In this document: piece after piece, positions 29,370-39,330 of the stretch
Position numbering within the stretch: the first letter of the stretch is position 1
Layout of the letters: every line of letters begins with the position of its first letter
Assembly: GCA_019244185.1 (NCBI GenBank)
Contig: JAFATB010000005.1
Coordinates: 1-64,000, forward strand
Source of the DNA: Acidobacteriota bacterium
Lineage (GTDB): Bacteria; Acidobacteriota; Thermoanaerobaculia; Gp7-AA8
DNA length: 64,000 nucleotides
Reading direction: 5' to 3'
Notes under the pieces: model-generated
What the model was told of the DNA's origin: nothing
Seen by the model: only the letters and a program-made list of their open reading frames with translations
Database searches by the model: none
Made by a program: the position numbers and the translations under genes

Positions 29370-30530
29370 CTAACCGCCGTTCGCCGCGCGTAGCTTCCCG
29401 TGGCTCCGCTGCAGAATCCCGCGAATTTTCGGCAGCAGCACTTCCTTGCGGATCGGCTTGCGCAGAAATCCGGCGGCGCCCATCTCGAGGCTCTGCGTCT
29501 CGACGTCCGTTCCCTGAATACCGGTGATGAAGAGCGCCGGCGTTTCGATGCGCTTCTGCAGCATGATCTCGAAAACCTGCAGGCCGCTGATGGTCGGTAT
29601 GTTGATGTCGAGAATCAGCAGATCGAAGCGGCGCCTGCCGAGTTCCAGGAGCGCATCCGCGCCGTCGGGAACGGTCACGACCTCATAGCCGGCCTCGGAC
29701 AGAAATCCGTCGATGAGCGCCGACGACACGAGATCGTCCTCGACGACCAGCACGAGCACGGGACGGTCGGCGGCGATCGAGCCGACTTCGCGCGGCGCCG
29801 GCGTGCGTTCGAGGGCGGCGACGATCTCGCGATGCAGCCGCTCGGTTTCCGGCGACGGCTCGCGTTGATACTCGCGGCGCAGGATGTCGGCGCATTCCTG
29901 ATAGCGGCGCAGCGCGGCGTCGGGGCGTCCCTGTTCGAGCTGCAGGCGCATGAGTGTCCGGTGCACGACCTCCTGCGACGGATCGAGCGACAGCAACCGC
30001 CCCGCGGTCTCCACCGCCTCCTCCCACCACCCCGCGCGGATCTGCGTCGTCAGCAGATTGCCGAAGATCGCGATGGCCGCGCGCCAGCAGTTCAGCCGCT
30101 TCTCCGCGATCCATTCATCGAACGCGCGCATGCCGGTCGCGAAGTGCTCGAGCAGGTTCCCGCGGTAGTACTCGGCCGCGCGACGGATCGTGTTGATCGA
30201 CGGTGAGGCCACGAGCTCACTGAAGCGCTGCACGTCGACCTCGACCACGTCGCGGTTGAAGCGCACGCCCACGCCGTCGTCGAGCAGGATGTCGTGCGGC
30301 AGATAGCGCAGCGCGTAGCGAAGATCGCGCACTGCCTCGCGCACCTCGCCCTGCGCGCCCGCATCGCCGAACAGTAGCGCCGCAATCTCCGCGAACGAGC
30401 TCCGGCCGCTGATGCGCAGCGCGAGGTACACGACCAGCGACTGCGTGCGGCGGTTGCCGATCGACAGCGCATTGCCGCGATAGTCGAGTGCCGCAAATTC
30501 TCCGAGCAGACGAATGGAGAGGAGGACCAT
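29370..30530 (-). CDS. SARP/BTAD-type transcriptional regulator with C-terminal receiver domain
   Basis: Start MVLLSIRLLG; VDVQRF, YYRGNLL..FDEWI and LDPSQEVVHRTLMRL..EPSPET (BTAD); VVEDD..ILDINIP..RKP (REC). Confidence 0.85.
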   Translation of the reverse strand: MVLLSIRLLGEFAALDYRGNALSIGNRRTQSLVVYLALRISGRSSFAEIAALLFGDAGAQGEVREAVRDLRYALRYLPHDILLDDGVGVRFNRDVVEVDVQRFSELVASPSINTIRRAAEYYRGNLLEHFATGMRAFDEWIAEKRLNCWRAAIAIFGNLLTTQIRAGWWEEAVETAGRLLSLDPSQEVVHRTLMRLQLEQGRPDAALRRYQECADILRREYQREPSPETERLHREIVAALERTPAPREVGSIAADRPVLVLVVEDDLVSSALIDGFLSEAGYEVVTVPDGADALLELGRRRFDLLILDINIPTISGLQVFEIMLQKRIETPALFITGIQGTDVETQSLEMGAAGFLRKPIRKEVLLPKIRGILQRSHGKLRAANGG

Positions 30531-30675
30531 TGGGGACGGAAGTATTCTACCGCAATCTTTCCGCAACGTCCCGCGTTCCTCCCAGCACGTCGATTGCATG
30601 CGGTCGCCGTATCGCAACAAGACCAAAGAAAGGAAACGTGCGCTCGCGTCGTCGCGCACCACCCCAACCCCAAGG

Positions 30676-31923
30676 ATGCGGAACGATCGAATCGTCATCA
30701 CCGGCATCGGCGCGCTCAGTCCCAACGGCATCGGCCGCGAGTCGTACTTCCGCGCGACCGCCGAAGGCCGCAGCGGCATCCGCAACATCACGCAGTTCGA
30801 CGCCTCGTCGCTCCCCTGCCGCATCGCTGGCGAGGTCGACTTCGATCCGACGCAATGGGTCGATCCGAAGAACATCCGCCACGTCTCGCGCGTCGTGCCG
30901 CTCGCGATCGCGGCCGCCGATGAGGCGCTGCGCGACGCGAAGCTCGATCCCTCCGCGGTCGATCTCGAAACGCGCCGCACGATGGCCGTGATGCTCGGCT
31001 CCGGCGGCGGCGCGATCGAGTTCAGCGAGCGCATGTACGAGCTCTGGTACAAAGGCGCGGCGAAGCAGGCCTCCGTCTACTCCGTTCCGTCCGGCACCAT
31101 CGGCACGATCGCCTCCGAGATCTCGATGGCGTACGACCTCCACGGCTACTCCCACGTGATCTCCACGGGCTGCACATCGTCCACGGATGCGATCGGTTAC
31201 GCGTATCGCAACCTCAAGCTCGGCGTCTGCGACTACGTCGTCGCCGGCGGCGCGGACGCGACGATCACCGAGGGCGTGATGACCGGCTTCTGCATGATGC
31301 GCATCGTCACGAACACGCACAACGCCGACCCCTCCGCCGGCTCGCGCCCCTTCACCGCGAACCGCGACGGCTTCGTCCTCGGCGAAGGCTCGTGGATGTT
31401 CATCATGGAGCGCGAATCGACGGCACGCGCGCGCGGCGCGCACATCTATGCGGAAGTCGGCGGCTATGCGTCGACGTGCGACGCGTATCACCGCGTGCGC
31501 ATGGATGACTCGGGCGAAGAGCCCGCGCGCGCGATGATGCTGGCGATGAAGGACGCGGGCGTCGATGCGAGCGACGTCCAGTACGTGAACTACCACGGCA
31601 CGTCGACCGACCTCAACGACCGCATCGAGACGCGCGCGGTGAAGCTCGCGTTCGGCAAGCACGCGACGCGCCTCGCCGGCTCCGCGACGAAGTCGATGAT
31701 CGGACATCCGCAGGGCGCATGCGGCGCGGCCGGCGTCGCCGCGACGCTGATGGCGTTCCGCGACGGCACGCTCCCGCCGACGATCAACCTCGACACGCCC
31801 GATCCTGAATGCGATCTCGACTACGTGCCCGACATCGGCCGCCGCGCGCGCGTCGACGTCGCGGTCTGCAACACGATCGCATTCGGTTCGAAGAACTCCG
31901 CGCTCGTCCTCAAGCGCTGCTGA
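30676..31923 (+). CDS. Beta-ketoacyl-ACP synthase II (FabF-like)
   Basis: RIVITGIG; Cys-His-His triad ISTGCTSS, NYHGTST and KSMIGHPQGA; RDGFVLGEG; start trimmed to ATG at 30676. Confidence 0.92.
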   Translation: MRNDRIVITGIGALSPNGIGRESYFRATAEGRSGIRNITQFDASSLPCRIAGEVDFDPTQWVDPKNIRHVSRVVPLAIAAADEALRDAKLDPSAVDLETRRTMAVMLGSGGGAIEFSERMYELWYKGAAKQASVYSVPSGTIGTIASEISMAYDLHGYSHVISTGCTSSTDAIGYAYRNLKLGVCDYVVAGGADATITEGVMTGFCMMRIVTNTHNADPSAGSRPFTANRDGFVLGEGSWMFIMERESTARARGAHIYAEVGGYASTCDAYHRVRMDDSGEEPARAMMLAMKDAGVDASDVQYVNYHGTSTDLNDRIETRAVKLAFGKHATRLAGSATKSMIGHPQGACGAAGVAATLMAFRDGTLPPTINLDTPDPECDLDYVPDIGRRARVDVAVCNTIAFGSKNSALVLKRC

Positions 31924-32585
31924 TGCCGATGCTCACTCCGCGCCGCGTGACCTCCGAGGAGTTGCTCGATGAGCACGATGCGCCGAGGGAGGACATGGAG
32001 CGCTCGCTGCGCGATCTGCGGCGCATCAACAGATGGCTCGGCGGCGTCGCGATCTACCGCCGCCTCGCCCGCCGTTTCTCTCCGCGCTCCATCCTCGACC
32101 TCGGCGCGGGAACCGCGGACAACCTCGAGGCGATGCCGCAGGTTCCGCTGCGGATCGCGCTCGACTTCAAGCTCGATCACCTGCTCTATCTGCGCGCCGG
32201 CTCGCGCGTCGTGCGCGTCGTCGGCGACGCGCAGCGGCTGCCGTTCCGCGACGATGCCGTCGACCTCGCGACGTCCGCGCACTTTTTCCATCACTTCTCG
32301 CCCGACGAGAACGTCGTGATTCTGCGCGAGGCGCTGCGCGTCGCGCGAAAAGGCGTGGCGGTGAACGACACGCGCCGCCACTACGCGCCGCTGCTGTTCG
32401 TGCTGCTGCTCTCCGCGCTGCGCGTCGTCGGCCGCATCACCCGCTACGACGCGCCGGCATCCGTGCGGCAGGGCTACACGCTGGACGAGGCGCGCGCCGT
32501 GGCGCAGCGCGTCGAGGGCGGGCGGGCGGAGGTGGTGCGGGTGTGGCCGTTCCGGTTTGGGCTACTGCTGTGGAAGTCGACGTAG
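31923..32585 (+). CDS. Class I SAM-dependent methyltransferase
   Basis: ELLD..SLRDLRRINRWLGG, ILDLGAGTAD, FFHHF and DAPASVRQGY; TGATG coupling to the KAS gene. Confidence 0.85.
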   Translation: MPMLTPRRVTSEELLDEHDAPREDMERSLRDLRRINRWLGGVAIYRRLARRFSPRSILDLGAGTADNLEAMPQVPLRIALDFKLDHLLYLRAGSRVVRVVGDAQRLPFRDDAVDLATSAHFFHHFSPDENVVILREALRVARKGVAVNDTRRHYAPLLFVLLLSALRVVGRITRYDAPASVRQGYTLDEARAVAQRVEGGRAEVVRVWPFRFGLLLWKST

Positions 32586-33697
32586 CGATCGTCGGTGCCG
32601 GCCCCGCGGGCTCGACGCTCGCGGCGCTGCTCGCGCAACGCGGCGTCCGCGTCGCGCTCCTCGATCGCGAAGCCTTCCCTCGCGACAAGCTGTGCGGCGA
32701 GTTCCTCTCGTACGACGCGCTGCCGGTGCTCGCACCGCTCGGCATCGTCGACGCGATCGACGCCGCCGGCGCGCCGCACATCACACGCGGCCGCATCGTC
32801 GGCTCGCGGCGCACGTACGAGTTCGCGCTGCCGTGCGCGGCGCGCGGCGTGTCGCGCCTCTTCTTCGATGATCTGCTGCTGCGCACCGCGACGTCGCATG
32901 GCGCGATTCGTCTCGACGGCACCGCCGCGACAACGATCGACGCGACGCGCGTCAACGACATCCGAGCGCGCGCCGTCGCCGGCGCGTGGGGACGCTGGGG
33001 ACGCTTCGACCAGCAGCTCGGACGCGCGTTCGTGCGCGACCGCGCGCATCGGCACTTCGGCTTCAAACGTCATTACCGCGGCGATCACCCGCGCGACACG
33101 ATCGATCTCTACGCCTTCCCGCGCGGCTACCTCGGCGTGAACGCCGTTGAACGCGAGATCACGAACATCTGCGGCCTCGTGCACGCCGATCGTCTCGCCG
33201 GACATCGCGGCCGCTGGGACGCGTTCGTCGAGACGATCTCGCGCGAAGAGCCGCACGTCGGCGCGTTGTATGCGCGGCAGCAGCCGGCGCAGGAGGGATT
33301 TCTCTCGTCCGATCCGGTGATCTTCCGCGCGCGCGATGCGGTCGAGGCGGGCGTGTTCATGATCGGCGACGCGTCGGGCGTGATCGATCCGCTCGCGGGC
33401 AACGGCATGGCCATGGCCGTACAGTCGGCGCTGCTCGCCGCACCGTTTCTGCTGCGGCTCGTCGAGTCGCCGGCGCATCGCGAACGAATCGAGCGCGAGT
33501 ACCGCCGCGCGCATCGTGCCTTCTTCGCGAAGCGCATCGCGTGGAGTCGACGCGCCGCGTTTTTCCTCTCGCGTCCGCGCCTGCTCGACGCGGCGCTGGC
33601 GACGCTGCGCGGCACCGGAGTCGCGGAGCTGTTCCTGCGCCGCACGCGCGCGTCGCACGAGGACGTGAGCGCGCTGGCCGAACGCTGGTTCTGTTAG
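32570..33697 (+). CDS. FAD-dependent oxidoreductase (geranylgeranyl reductase/halogenase-like)
   Basis: GTG start at 32570; DVAIVGAGPAG, FPRDKLCGE and IGDASGVIDPLAGNGM. Confidence 0.88.
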   Translation: MEVDVAIVGAGPAGSTLAALLAQRGVRVALLDREAFPRDKLCGEFLSYDALPVLAPLGIVDAIDAAGAPHITRGRIVGSRRTYEFALPCAARGVSRLFFDDLLLRTATSHGAIRLDGTAATTIDATRVNDIRARAVAGAWGRWGRFDQQLGRAFVRDRAHRHFGFKRHYRGDHPRDTIDLYAFPRGYLGVNAVEREITNICGLVHADRLAGHRGRWDAFVETISREEPHVGALYARQQPAQEGFLSSDPVIFRARDAVEAGVFMIGDASGVIDPLAGNGMAMAVQSALLAAPFLLRLVESPAHRERIEREYRRAHRAFFAKRIAWSRRAAFFLSRPRLLDAALATLRGTGVAELFLRRTRASHEDVSALAERWFC

Positions 33698-33710
33698 AGT
33701 TTTCCATTCC

Positions 33711-34373
33711 ATGGCGCCGTTGCCCGAGGGCGAGTTTCTGCTGCCGTTGTTCCCGCTGCCGAACATCGTCTTCTTCCCGCACACGCGGCTGCCACTGCAC
33801 GTTTTCGAGCCGCGCTACCGGCAGATGGTGAAGGACGTGATCGAGGCGGATCAGCGCTTCGGCATCGTGCTGCTGCGGCCGGGATGGGAGCCCGATTACT
33901 TCGGCGCGCCGCCGGTCTTCGAATGCGGCACCGTCGGCACCGTCGAGCAGGCCGTGCCGCTGGAAGACGGCCGCTTCAACATCGTCGTGCGCGGCGACGT
34001 CCGTTTCCGCATTGTCGACGAGGTGTCGCGCGTCCCGTACCGCACCGCGCGCGTCGTCGCGCAGCCGGAAGTCGAGCGCGATTCCTCAAAGGCGTACGCG
34101 CAGCGCGAATGGCTCGCCGATCTCTCGCGCCAGTACCTGAAGTATCTCCCCGACCAGACCGCGGTCCCCGAGATCGAAACCGTGAGCCTCGACGCGCTCG
34201 CGAACGCGCTCATCATGTCGCTCAACCTCGACGTCGAAGAGAAGCAGAAGCTCCTCGAGCTCAGCGACGTCATCGCCCGCGCCGAGGAAGTCGGTAACGA
34301 GCTCACGAGCCGCATCGAAAGTTTGCGGTTCCTCGCGCCGTATCGGAAGGCGGGGGATCCGACGCACAACTGA
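33711..34373 (+). CDS. Stand-alone Lon protease substrate-binding domain protein
   Basis: LPLFPLPNIVFFP..LPLHVFEPRYRQMV, DGRFNI and PYRTA. Confidence 0.9.
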   Translation: MAPLPEGEFLLPLFPLPNIVFFPHTRLPLHVFEPRYRQMVKDVIEADQRFGIVLLRPGWEPDYFGAPPVFECGTVGTVEQAVPLEDGRFNIVVRGDVRFRIVDEVSRVPYRTARVVAQPEVERDSSKAYAQREWLADLSRQYLKYLPDQTAVPEIETVSLDALANALIMSLNLDVEEKQKLLELSDVIARAEEVGNELTSRIESLRFLAPYRKAGDPTHN

Positions 34374-34408
34374 GGGGGAATTCTCCGCGCGATGCCCTCT
34401 CACAAGGC

Positions 34409-36250
34409 ATGGCCGAACGGTACGGAGTTCTCCGCCCGACCCCTCCCACGCCCCGCCGCTCCCCCGAAGTCGAACATGATGTTCGCGCCGCGCGCGACCG
34501 GCGTGTCGATCCGCTGCGGCCGCGCGCCGTCTTCGTCGCGCACGGTATGGGTCAGCAGGTACCTTTCGCGACGATGGACGATGTCGCGCGCGGGCTCTGC
34601 AAGACGGTCGAAGACATGGGCGGGACGGTCGAGGAAGTCAATGCGCGGACAGTACGCATTGGCTGCGAGACCGTGCAACGGCTCGAGCTCGAACTAAAAG
34701 CGAAAGACGGCGCGCCGCTCGCGCCGATCCACCTCTACGAAGCGTACTGGGCGCCGCTCACCGAAGGTGCGATCGGACTTTGGCAGACGGTGCGCTTTCT
34801 GCTGAGCGGCGGCATCAACGCGCTACGTTCGAACGCGCGCCTGAATCGGTTTCTGTTCGGCCGGCCACGGCAGTTTCACATCAAGCGTTTGGATATCTTC
34901 TTTCTCCTCGTTGCCGTCGTGTCGATCGTCGCGATGCTCATCGTCGGCACGACCATCGGCGCCGTGGCGGTGGCGCGACTGACGTTCGCCGGCGCGCAGT
35001 GGGTGACCGAGCCGCTCGTACGCGAGCTGACGACGCTCTGTGAGACATTCGTCGGCGTGATCGCCTGCGCCGTGTCGACCGCAGTAGCCATCATTGCCAT
35101 AGCCCGGATCGTTCGGCGCTGGAGCGACGGCGGCGCGGCGCGATACATCAGCATGTTGGCGATTGTGCCGGCCGCGGCCATCCTCATCGCCCTCGGTCTT
35201 ACCGCATACATCGCCATCCCGCTGGCTTTCCTGTTCAACGAAAAGATGCCCTTCGGCGCGCGCACCTGCGAGTGGTGCAAGTACTCATCCACCGGCTGGG
35301 GTAAATCGTTCGCCAACACCGTGGGGCGGCTCCACGAATACCTCCTGCGGATCCAGCACTGCAGCCTGCCCGAACGGTGGGCGTGGTGGGCACTCGTCGG
35401 AACTGCGGCTGTGATCCTGTTTTACGCGTTGCAGGCGATTGTCTTCGGCGGAAAAGACGAAGCCGGTCGCACAGTCGGTGGCCGTCTGACCGGCGCTTTG
35501 CTCTCCTCCATTCTGCTGCTCGCGGTCCTCGCCGTCTGCAACGACAGCGGCATGCTTGCCCTGCTCACCTGGCTGCTGCTCGCCGGTTCGGCGCTCTTCG
35601 TCCGCTCGTTCCTCATCCAGTACGTCGGCGACGTTGCCATCTACGTCGCGCCGCATATGGTTGACCGGTTTTTCGACTTGCGCATCCGCATCAAGGCTGT
35701 CGTTTGGCGCGCCGCGCGCGCGGTGTACGCCTGTGTCGGCGAGGACGGCGAGTTGCTGTACGACAAGGTCGTCATCGCCGGACACTCGCTCGGCTCCGTC
35801 GTGGTTTACGACGTGCTCAATCGCCTCATCAACGAAGACGATCTCGCCGGCGGCGCCGCGCCGGAGTGCTGCGAGGACGCGCCGGTCGAGTTGCTCGACG
35901 TCAGCCGGCGCACGAAGCTGCTCCTCACGTTCGGCTCGCCGCTCGACAAGACCGCCTTCGTCTTCGCGCGGAACGATCCGCACGGCGGCAGCGAGCGCGA
36001 TGCGCTTGCGTCATCGGTACAGCCGCTCATCGCCCGCGAGCGCGACTTCGCGTGGGTGAACGTCTGGACGCCCTTCGACATCCTCGGCGGTTCGCTCGAG
36101 TTCTATGACACGCCGGAGGGCGATCCCGATCGAAACGAGCCTCGTGTCGTCAACAAGATCGATCCCGACGCGATCACACCCATCGCGGCCCACAACGAGT
36201 TCTGGCACAACTCGCTGATCTACAAGTACATGTACTACGCGCTGGAATGA
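34409..36250 (+). CDS. Multi-TM membrane protein with split alpha/beta-hydrolase-like domain
   Basis: HGMGQQ and YWAP before about 7 TM helices; YVGDVAIY, GHSLG, TFGSPL, DILGG and AHNEFW after them. Confidence 0.7.
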   Translation: MAERYGVLRPTPPTPRRSPEVEHDVRAARDRRVDPLRPRAVFVAHGMGQQVPFATMDDVARGLCKTVEDMGGTVEEVNARTVRIGCETVQRLELELKAKDGAPLAPIHLYEAYWAPLTEGAIGLWQTVRFLLSGGINALRSNARLNRFLFGRPRQFHIKRLDIFFLLVAVVSIVAMLIVGTTIGAVAVARLTFAGAQWVTEPLVRELTTLCETFVGVIACAVSTAVAIIAIARIVRRWSDGGAARYISMLAIVPAAAILIALGLTAYIAIPLAFLFNEKMPFGARTCEWCKYSSTGWGKSFANTVGRLHEYLLRIQHCSLPERWAWWALVGTAAVILFYALQAIVFGGKDEAGRTVGGRLTGALLSSILLLAVLAVCNDSGMLALLTWLLLAGSALFVRSFLIQYVGDVAIYVAPHMVDRFFDLRIRIKAVVWRAARAVYACVGEDGELLYDKVVIAGHSLGSVVVYDVLNRLINEDDLAGGAAPECCEDAPVELLDVSRRTKLLLTFGSPLDKTAFVFARNDPHGGSERDALASSVQPLIARERDFAWVNVWTPFDILGGSLEFYDTPEGDPDRNEPRVVNKIDPDAITPIAAHNEFWHNSLIYKYMYYALE

Positions 36251-36281
36251 CGACGCCGCGCGCCCGTCCGTATCACCGTCA

Positions 36282-37022
36282 ATGCCCCGCCCCATCGTCG
36301 TCGCGCTCGTTCTCGCCCTCCTTCCCCTCCCCGCCCTCCCGCGCATGCGGGCGCCTGCGAGTCGCATCGACGCGGCGCGGCGGGTGCTCGTCATCACCGC
36401 GCATCCCGACGATGAGTTGCTGCTCGCGCCGTTGCTCGCCGATCGGTGTCTGCGCGCGGGGGCGAGCTGCGCGTTCGTGGTCATGACGTCGGGGGAGCAC
36501 GGCGCGTGTGCGCTGGGCGCATGCGTGCCGGACCTCGGCACCGTCCGCAGGAACGAGATGGCGCGGGCGGCGGCGATGTTCGGCGCGCGGCTGACGCAGT
36601 GGGCGTTCGCGGACGTCATGGACGACGTCGACGCGACGTGGGCGGCGCAGGCGGGAGGGCGGGAGGTGCTCGTGCGGCAGCTCGCGGATGTCATCGCCGC
36701 GGAGACGCCCGATCTGATCCTCACCTTCGATCCGGCGCATGGCTCGACCGGGCATCCGGCGCATCGCGCGGTCGGACAGCTCGTGCTCGACACCGGCGCG
36801 CGCAACATCTATCTGCTCGAAACGCTGGCGCGGTTCGACGGCGACGGCTTCGTGCTCGGCAACGCGTCACCCGACGCGTCGGTGTACGTCGCGAATGACG
36901 ACTGGCAGTTCCTCGTCGACGACGCCGTGAACCACGCCAGCCAGTTCACGCCGGCGCAGGTCGAACATCTCCGCGCGCTGCCGGTCGAGCAGCGCCGCGT
37001 CTGGTTCAAGCCGGCGCGTTGA
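36282..37022 (+). CDS. PIG-L/LmbE family deacetylase, probably exported
   Basis: AHPDDE, TSGEHG, GHPAHR and HASQF; hydrophobic N-terminus. Confidence 0.85.
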   Translation: MPRPIVVALVLALLPLPALPRMRAPASRIDAARRVLVITAHPDDELLLAPLLADRCLRAGASCAFVVMTSGEHGACALGACVPDLGTVRRNEMARAAAMFGARLTQWAFADVMDDVDATWAAQAGGREVLVRQLADVIAAETPDLILTFDPAHGSTGHPAHRAVGQLVLDTGARNIYLLETLARFDGDGFVLGNASPDASVYVANDDWQFLVDDAVNHASQFTPAQVEHLRALPVEQRRVWFKPAR

Positions 37023-37707
37023 GCGGGTCACGGAAGATCGTGTCGTGCGGCGCCGACTGCTCCTCGCGCGGCCGTCCGGCCGTGTAGTAGTAGAGCGACA
37101 CCGACTTGCGCGTCACGCCCGCCGGCGACTGCAGCGGATGCGGATGGCCGTGATACGAGGTATCGGTCGTCGAGAAAATGACGGTTCGGTTGAACGACGG
37201 CAGGATGCGCTGGCGGCACTCCGTCATGGAGGCGTTCCACAGCTCCAGATGGCCGCCCCATTCGTCGCGCCATCCTTCATTCAGATAGACGAGCATGTTC
37301 GCGCGGCGGTCGAGCCGCAGCTTCGGATGCACGTTGAAGTCGGCGTGAATCTTCAGAAAGCCGCCCGATTCGATCTGGTGCACGCCGCCGCCGCCAAAGT
37401 ACGGATCGGGGATCAGGCCGTCGATGCCGGTGAGCGCCTCGAGGAACTGCAGCATCTCGAAGCCGTTCATCGCGTCGAGGAACGCGCGGACCTCCGGCGC
37501 GATCGTGCTCTTCTCGTGGTAATACCCGAGCTTCTTCTCCGTCACCGAGTCGAACCGCAGCCAGTCCGTTTCCTCGGGACGCGGAAACGCGGCCAGCACG
37601 CGGCGCAGTTCCGCATCGTCGAAGAGCCCGTCCAGCACGATGTGCGGGAACGGATCGGCGGACTGGTACTGCGCGCGCAGCGCGTGCGGATCGTGGTGCA
37701 ACGTCAC
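37006..37707 (-). CDS. 2OG-Fe(II) oxygenase
   Basis: PFPHIVLD, GGGVHQ, LKIHADFN (HxD), SYHGHP and RKSVSLYYYT; probable GTG start at 37707 coupled to the upstream stop. Confidence 0.88.
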   Translation of the reverse strand: MTLHHDPHALRAQYQSADPFPHIVLDGLFDDAELRRVLAAFPRPEETDWLRFDSVTEKKLGYYHEKSTIAPEVRAFLDAMNGFEMLQFLEALTGIDGLIPDPYFGGGGVHQIESGGFLKIHADFNVHPKLRLDRRANMLVYLNEGWRDEWGGHLELWNASMTECRQRILPSFNRTVIFSTTDTSYHGHPHPLQSPAGVTRKSVSLYYYTAGRPREEQSAPHDTIFRDPLNAPA

Positions 37708-39302
37708 CGGTGCCATGTCAGGTCGGGTTGCCGCGCGAAGTCGAGCGCGATCTCGGGCGAGTACGTGACCCATCCCTCGGGCGCATCATAACGAATGCGC
37801 AGCGCGAGCCGCGGCACGCCCGCGAGGCGGAAGCCGTCCTCGCGCGGGACCTCGAACGCCTGCACGCCGTTGCCGAGGAGCACCGACCAGCGTCCGCGCG
37901 CATAGGGACCGAATTTCCAGAAGAGCGATTCGCCGCGATGGTGGAACTCCGCGCGCAGCGGCGCATCCTTGCGGATCGAGCCACACCACGCGCGCGCGTG
38001 ATCGGGAATCCGCGCCGTGACCTCCACCACTTCGCGACGCTCGGGGACGTATTCGTAAATGTGCTTGCCGTCGAGCGCGGCGCCGCACAGATAGAAGTCG
38101 TCGTAATACCAGCTCGTGCCGCGGCCGCGGCGGAAGTGCTCTTCCTTCAGCCACTGATACTCGGCCATCGACCCCGCGGGAATCGCCGGCGCGTGCAGCA
38201 CCGCGTTGCCGTCCATCGAGAAGAACGCGCGCGCCTCGTCGCTCATCCGCTTCGCGTGCGCGTACGTCGCCGTCCACTCCTGACGATTCGCCACGATCGC
38301 GGCAGCGCATGCGGCGACGATGAGCGTCTCGCGCGCTCCGCTCCGCCAGCGCGCAACGCCGATCGCGAACGCGACGGACAGCCAGAGCCACGGCACGAGC
38401 GCGTAGCGGCTCTGCATCTCTTTTGACACCGGCAGGATCGGCGCGATGGCGACGACGAACGTCAGCGCCGCGGCGATCCACGCGTGACGCGTCCGCAACG
38501 CGGCGGCGGCGCCGAGCGCCGCGAGCGCGACGAGCAGGAACCCTACCGCCGTGCCCGCGCCCGCGCAGGCGGCGATGACTTTCCACGGAAGCTCCACGAT
38601 CACCGCGGGAAGCTCGCTCGGCGCGATCGCCCAGCCGTAGCCGCCGAAAAGCGTGCCGAGGATGCGCCAGCGCCAGACAAAGTACGCGGCGAACGCGAGG
38701 CCGTGCAGCGAGAGATGCCGCGCGCGTACGCTGAGCGCGCGTTCCGGCAGGCAGACCAGCAGCACCGGCAGCGGGATGGCGATCTCCTTCGCCAGCATCG
38801 CGAAGAAGTACAGCAGCGCGGACAGCAGATTGAGCGGCACCGACATCCGCCGGAACGCTCCGACGAACGCGATGACGGAGAGCGTGCCGAGGAGAATGGC
38901 CTCGAGGTAATGCACGGTCATCAGCTGCGTCGCGAAACTGCAGAGCGGCGGGCCGGCGACGAAGAGCAGCGCGCCGGCGAGCGACGGGATCGTGCGCACG
39001 TAGAACCGCAGCGCGGCGAAGAGCGCGACACCGCACGCGCCGAGGAGCACGAGGTCGACGCGGTACCAGCGCGCGGGGTGCAGTCCCGCCAACTGCATCA
39101 GCGCCTCGTACGTCGCGGTGAGCAGCGGCGTGAAGAGCTTCTGCGGCCAGACGTCGGCCTGCGTGAACGCGTCCGTCCACGGGCGTACGAGTCCGATGTG
39201 CAGAATCCACGCATCGTCGTACGTCCACCACAGTCGCGTCACCTTGCGGTAGAGCAGGACGACGATGGCCAGCAGAAACAGCGCCGCGGCGGTGCGTTTC
39301 AC
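37704..39302 (-). CDS. Polytopic membrane protein, GT-C glycosyltransferase-like
   Basis: WWTYDDAW first-loop acidic pair, LAKE motif, RYAL and many TM helices. Confidence 0.6.
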   Translation of the reverse strand: MKRTAAALFLLAIVVLLYRKVTRLWWTYDDAWILHIGLVRPWTDAFTQADVWPQKLFTPLLTATYEALMQLAGLHPARWYRVDLVLLGACGVALFAALRFYVRTIPSLAGALLFVAGPPLCSFATQLMTVHYLEAILLGTLSVIAFVGAFRRMSVPLNLLSALLYFFAMLAKEIAIPLPVLLVCLPERALSVRARHLSLHGLAFAAYFVWRWRILGTLFGGYGWAIAPSELPAVIVELPWKVIAACAGAGTAVGFLLVALAALGAAAALRTRHAWIAAALTFVVAIAPILPVSKEMQSRYALVPWLWLSVAFAIGVARWRSGARETLIVAACAAAIVANRQEWTATYAHAKRMSDEARAFFSMDGNAVLHAPAIPAGSMAEYQWLKEEHFRRGRGTSWYYDDFYLCGAALDGKHIYEYVPERREVVEVTARIPDHARAWCGSIRKDAPLRAEFHHRGESLFWKFGPYARGRWSVLLGNGVQAFEVPREDGFRLAGVPRLALRIRYDAPEGWVTYSPEIALDFARQPDLTWHR

Positions 39303-39330
39303 GGGAATCGCACCATCATAGAATGCGCGC

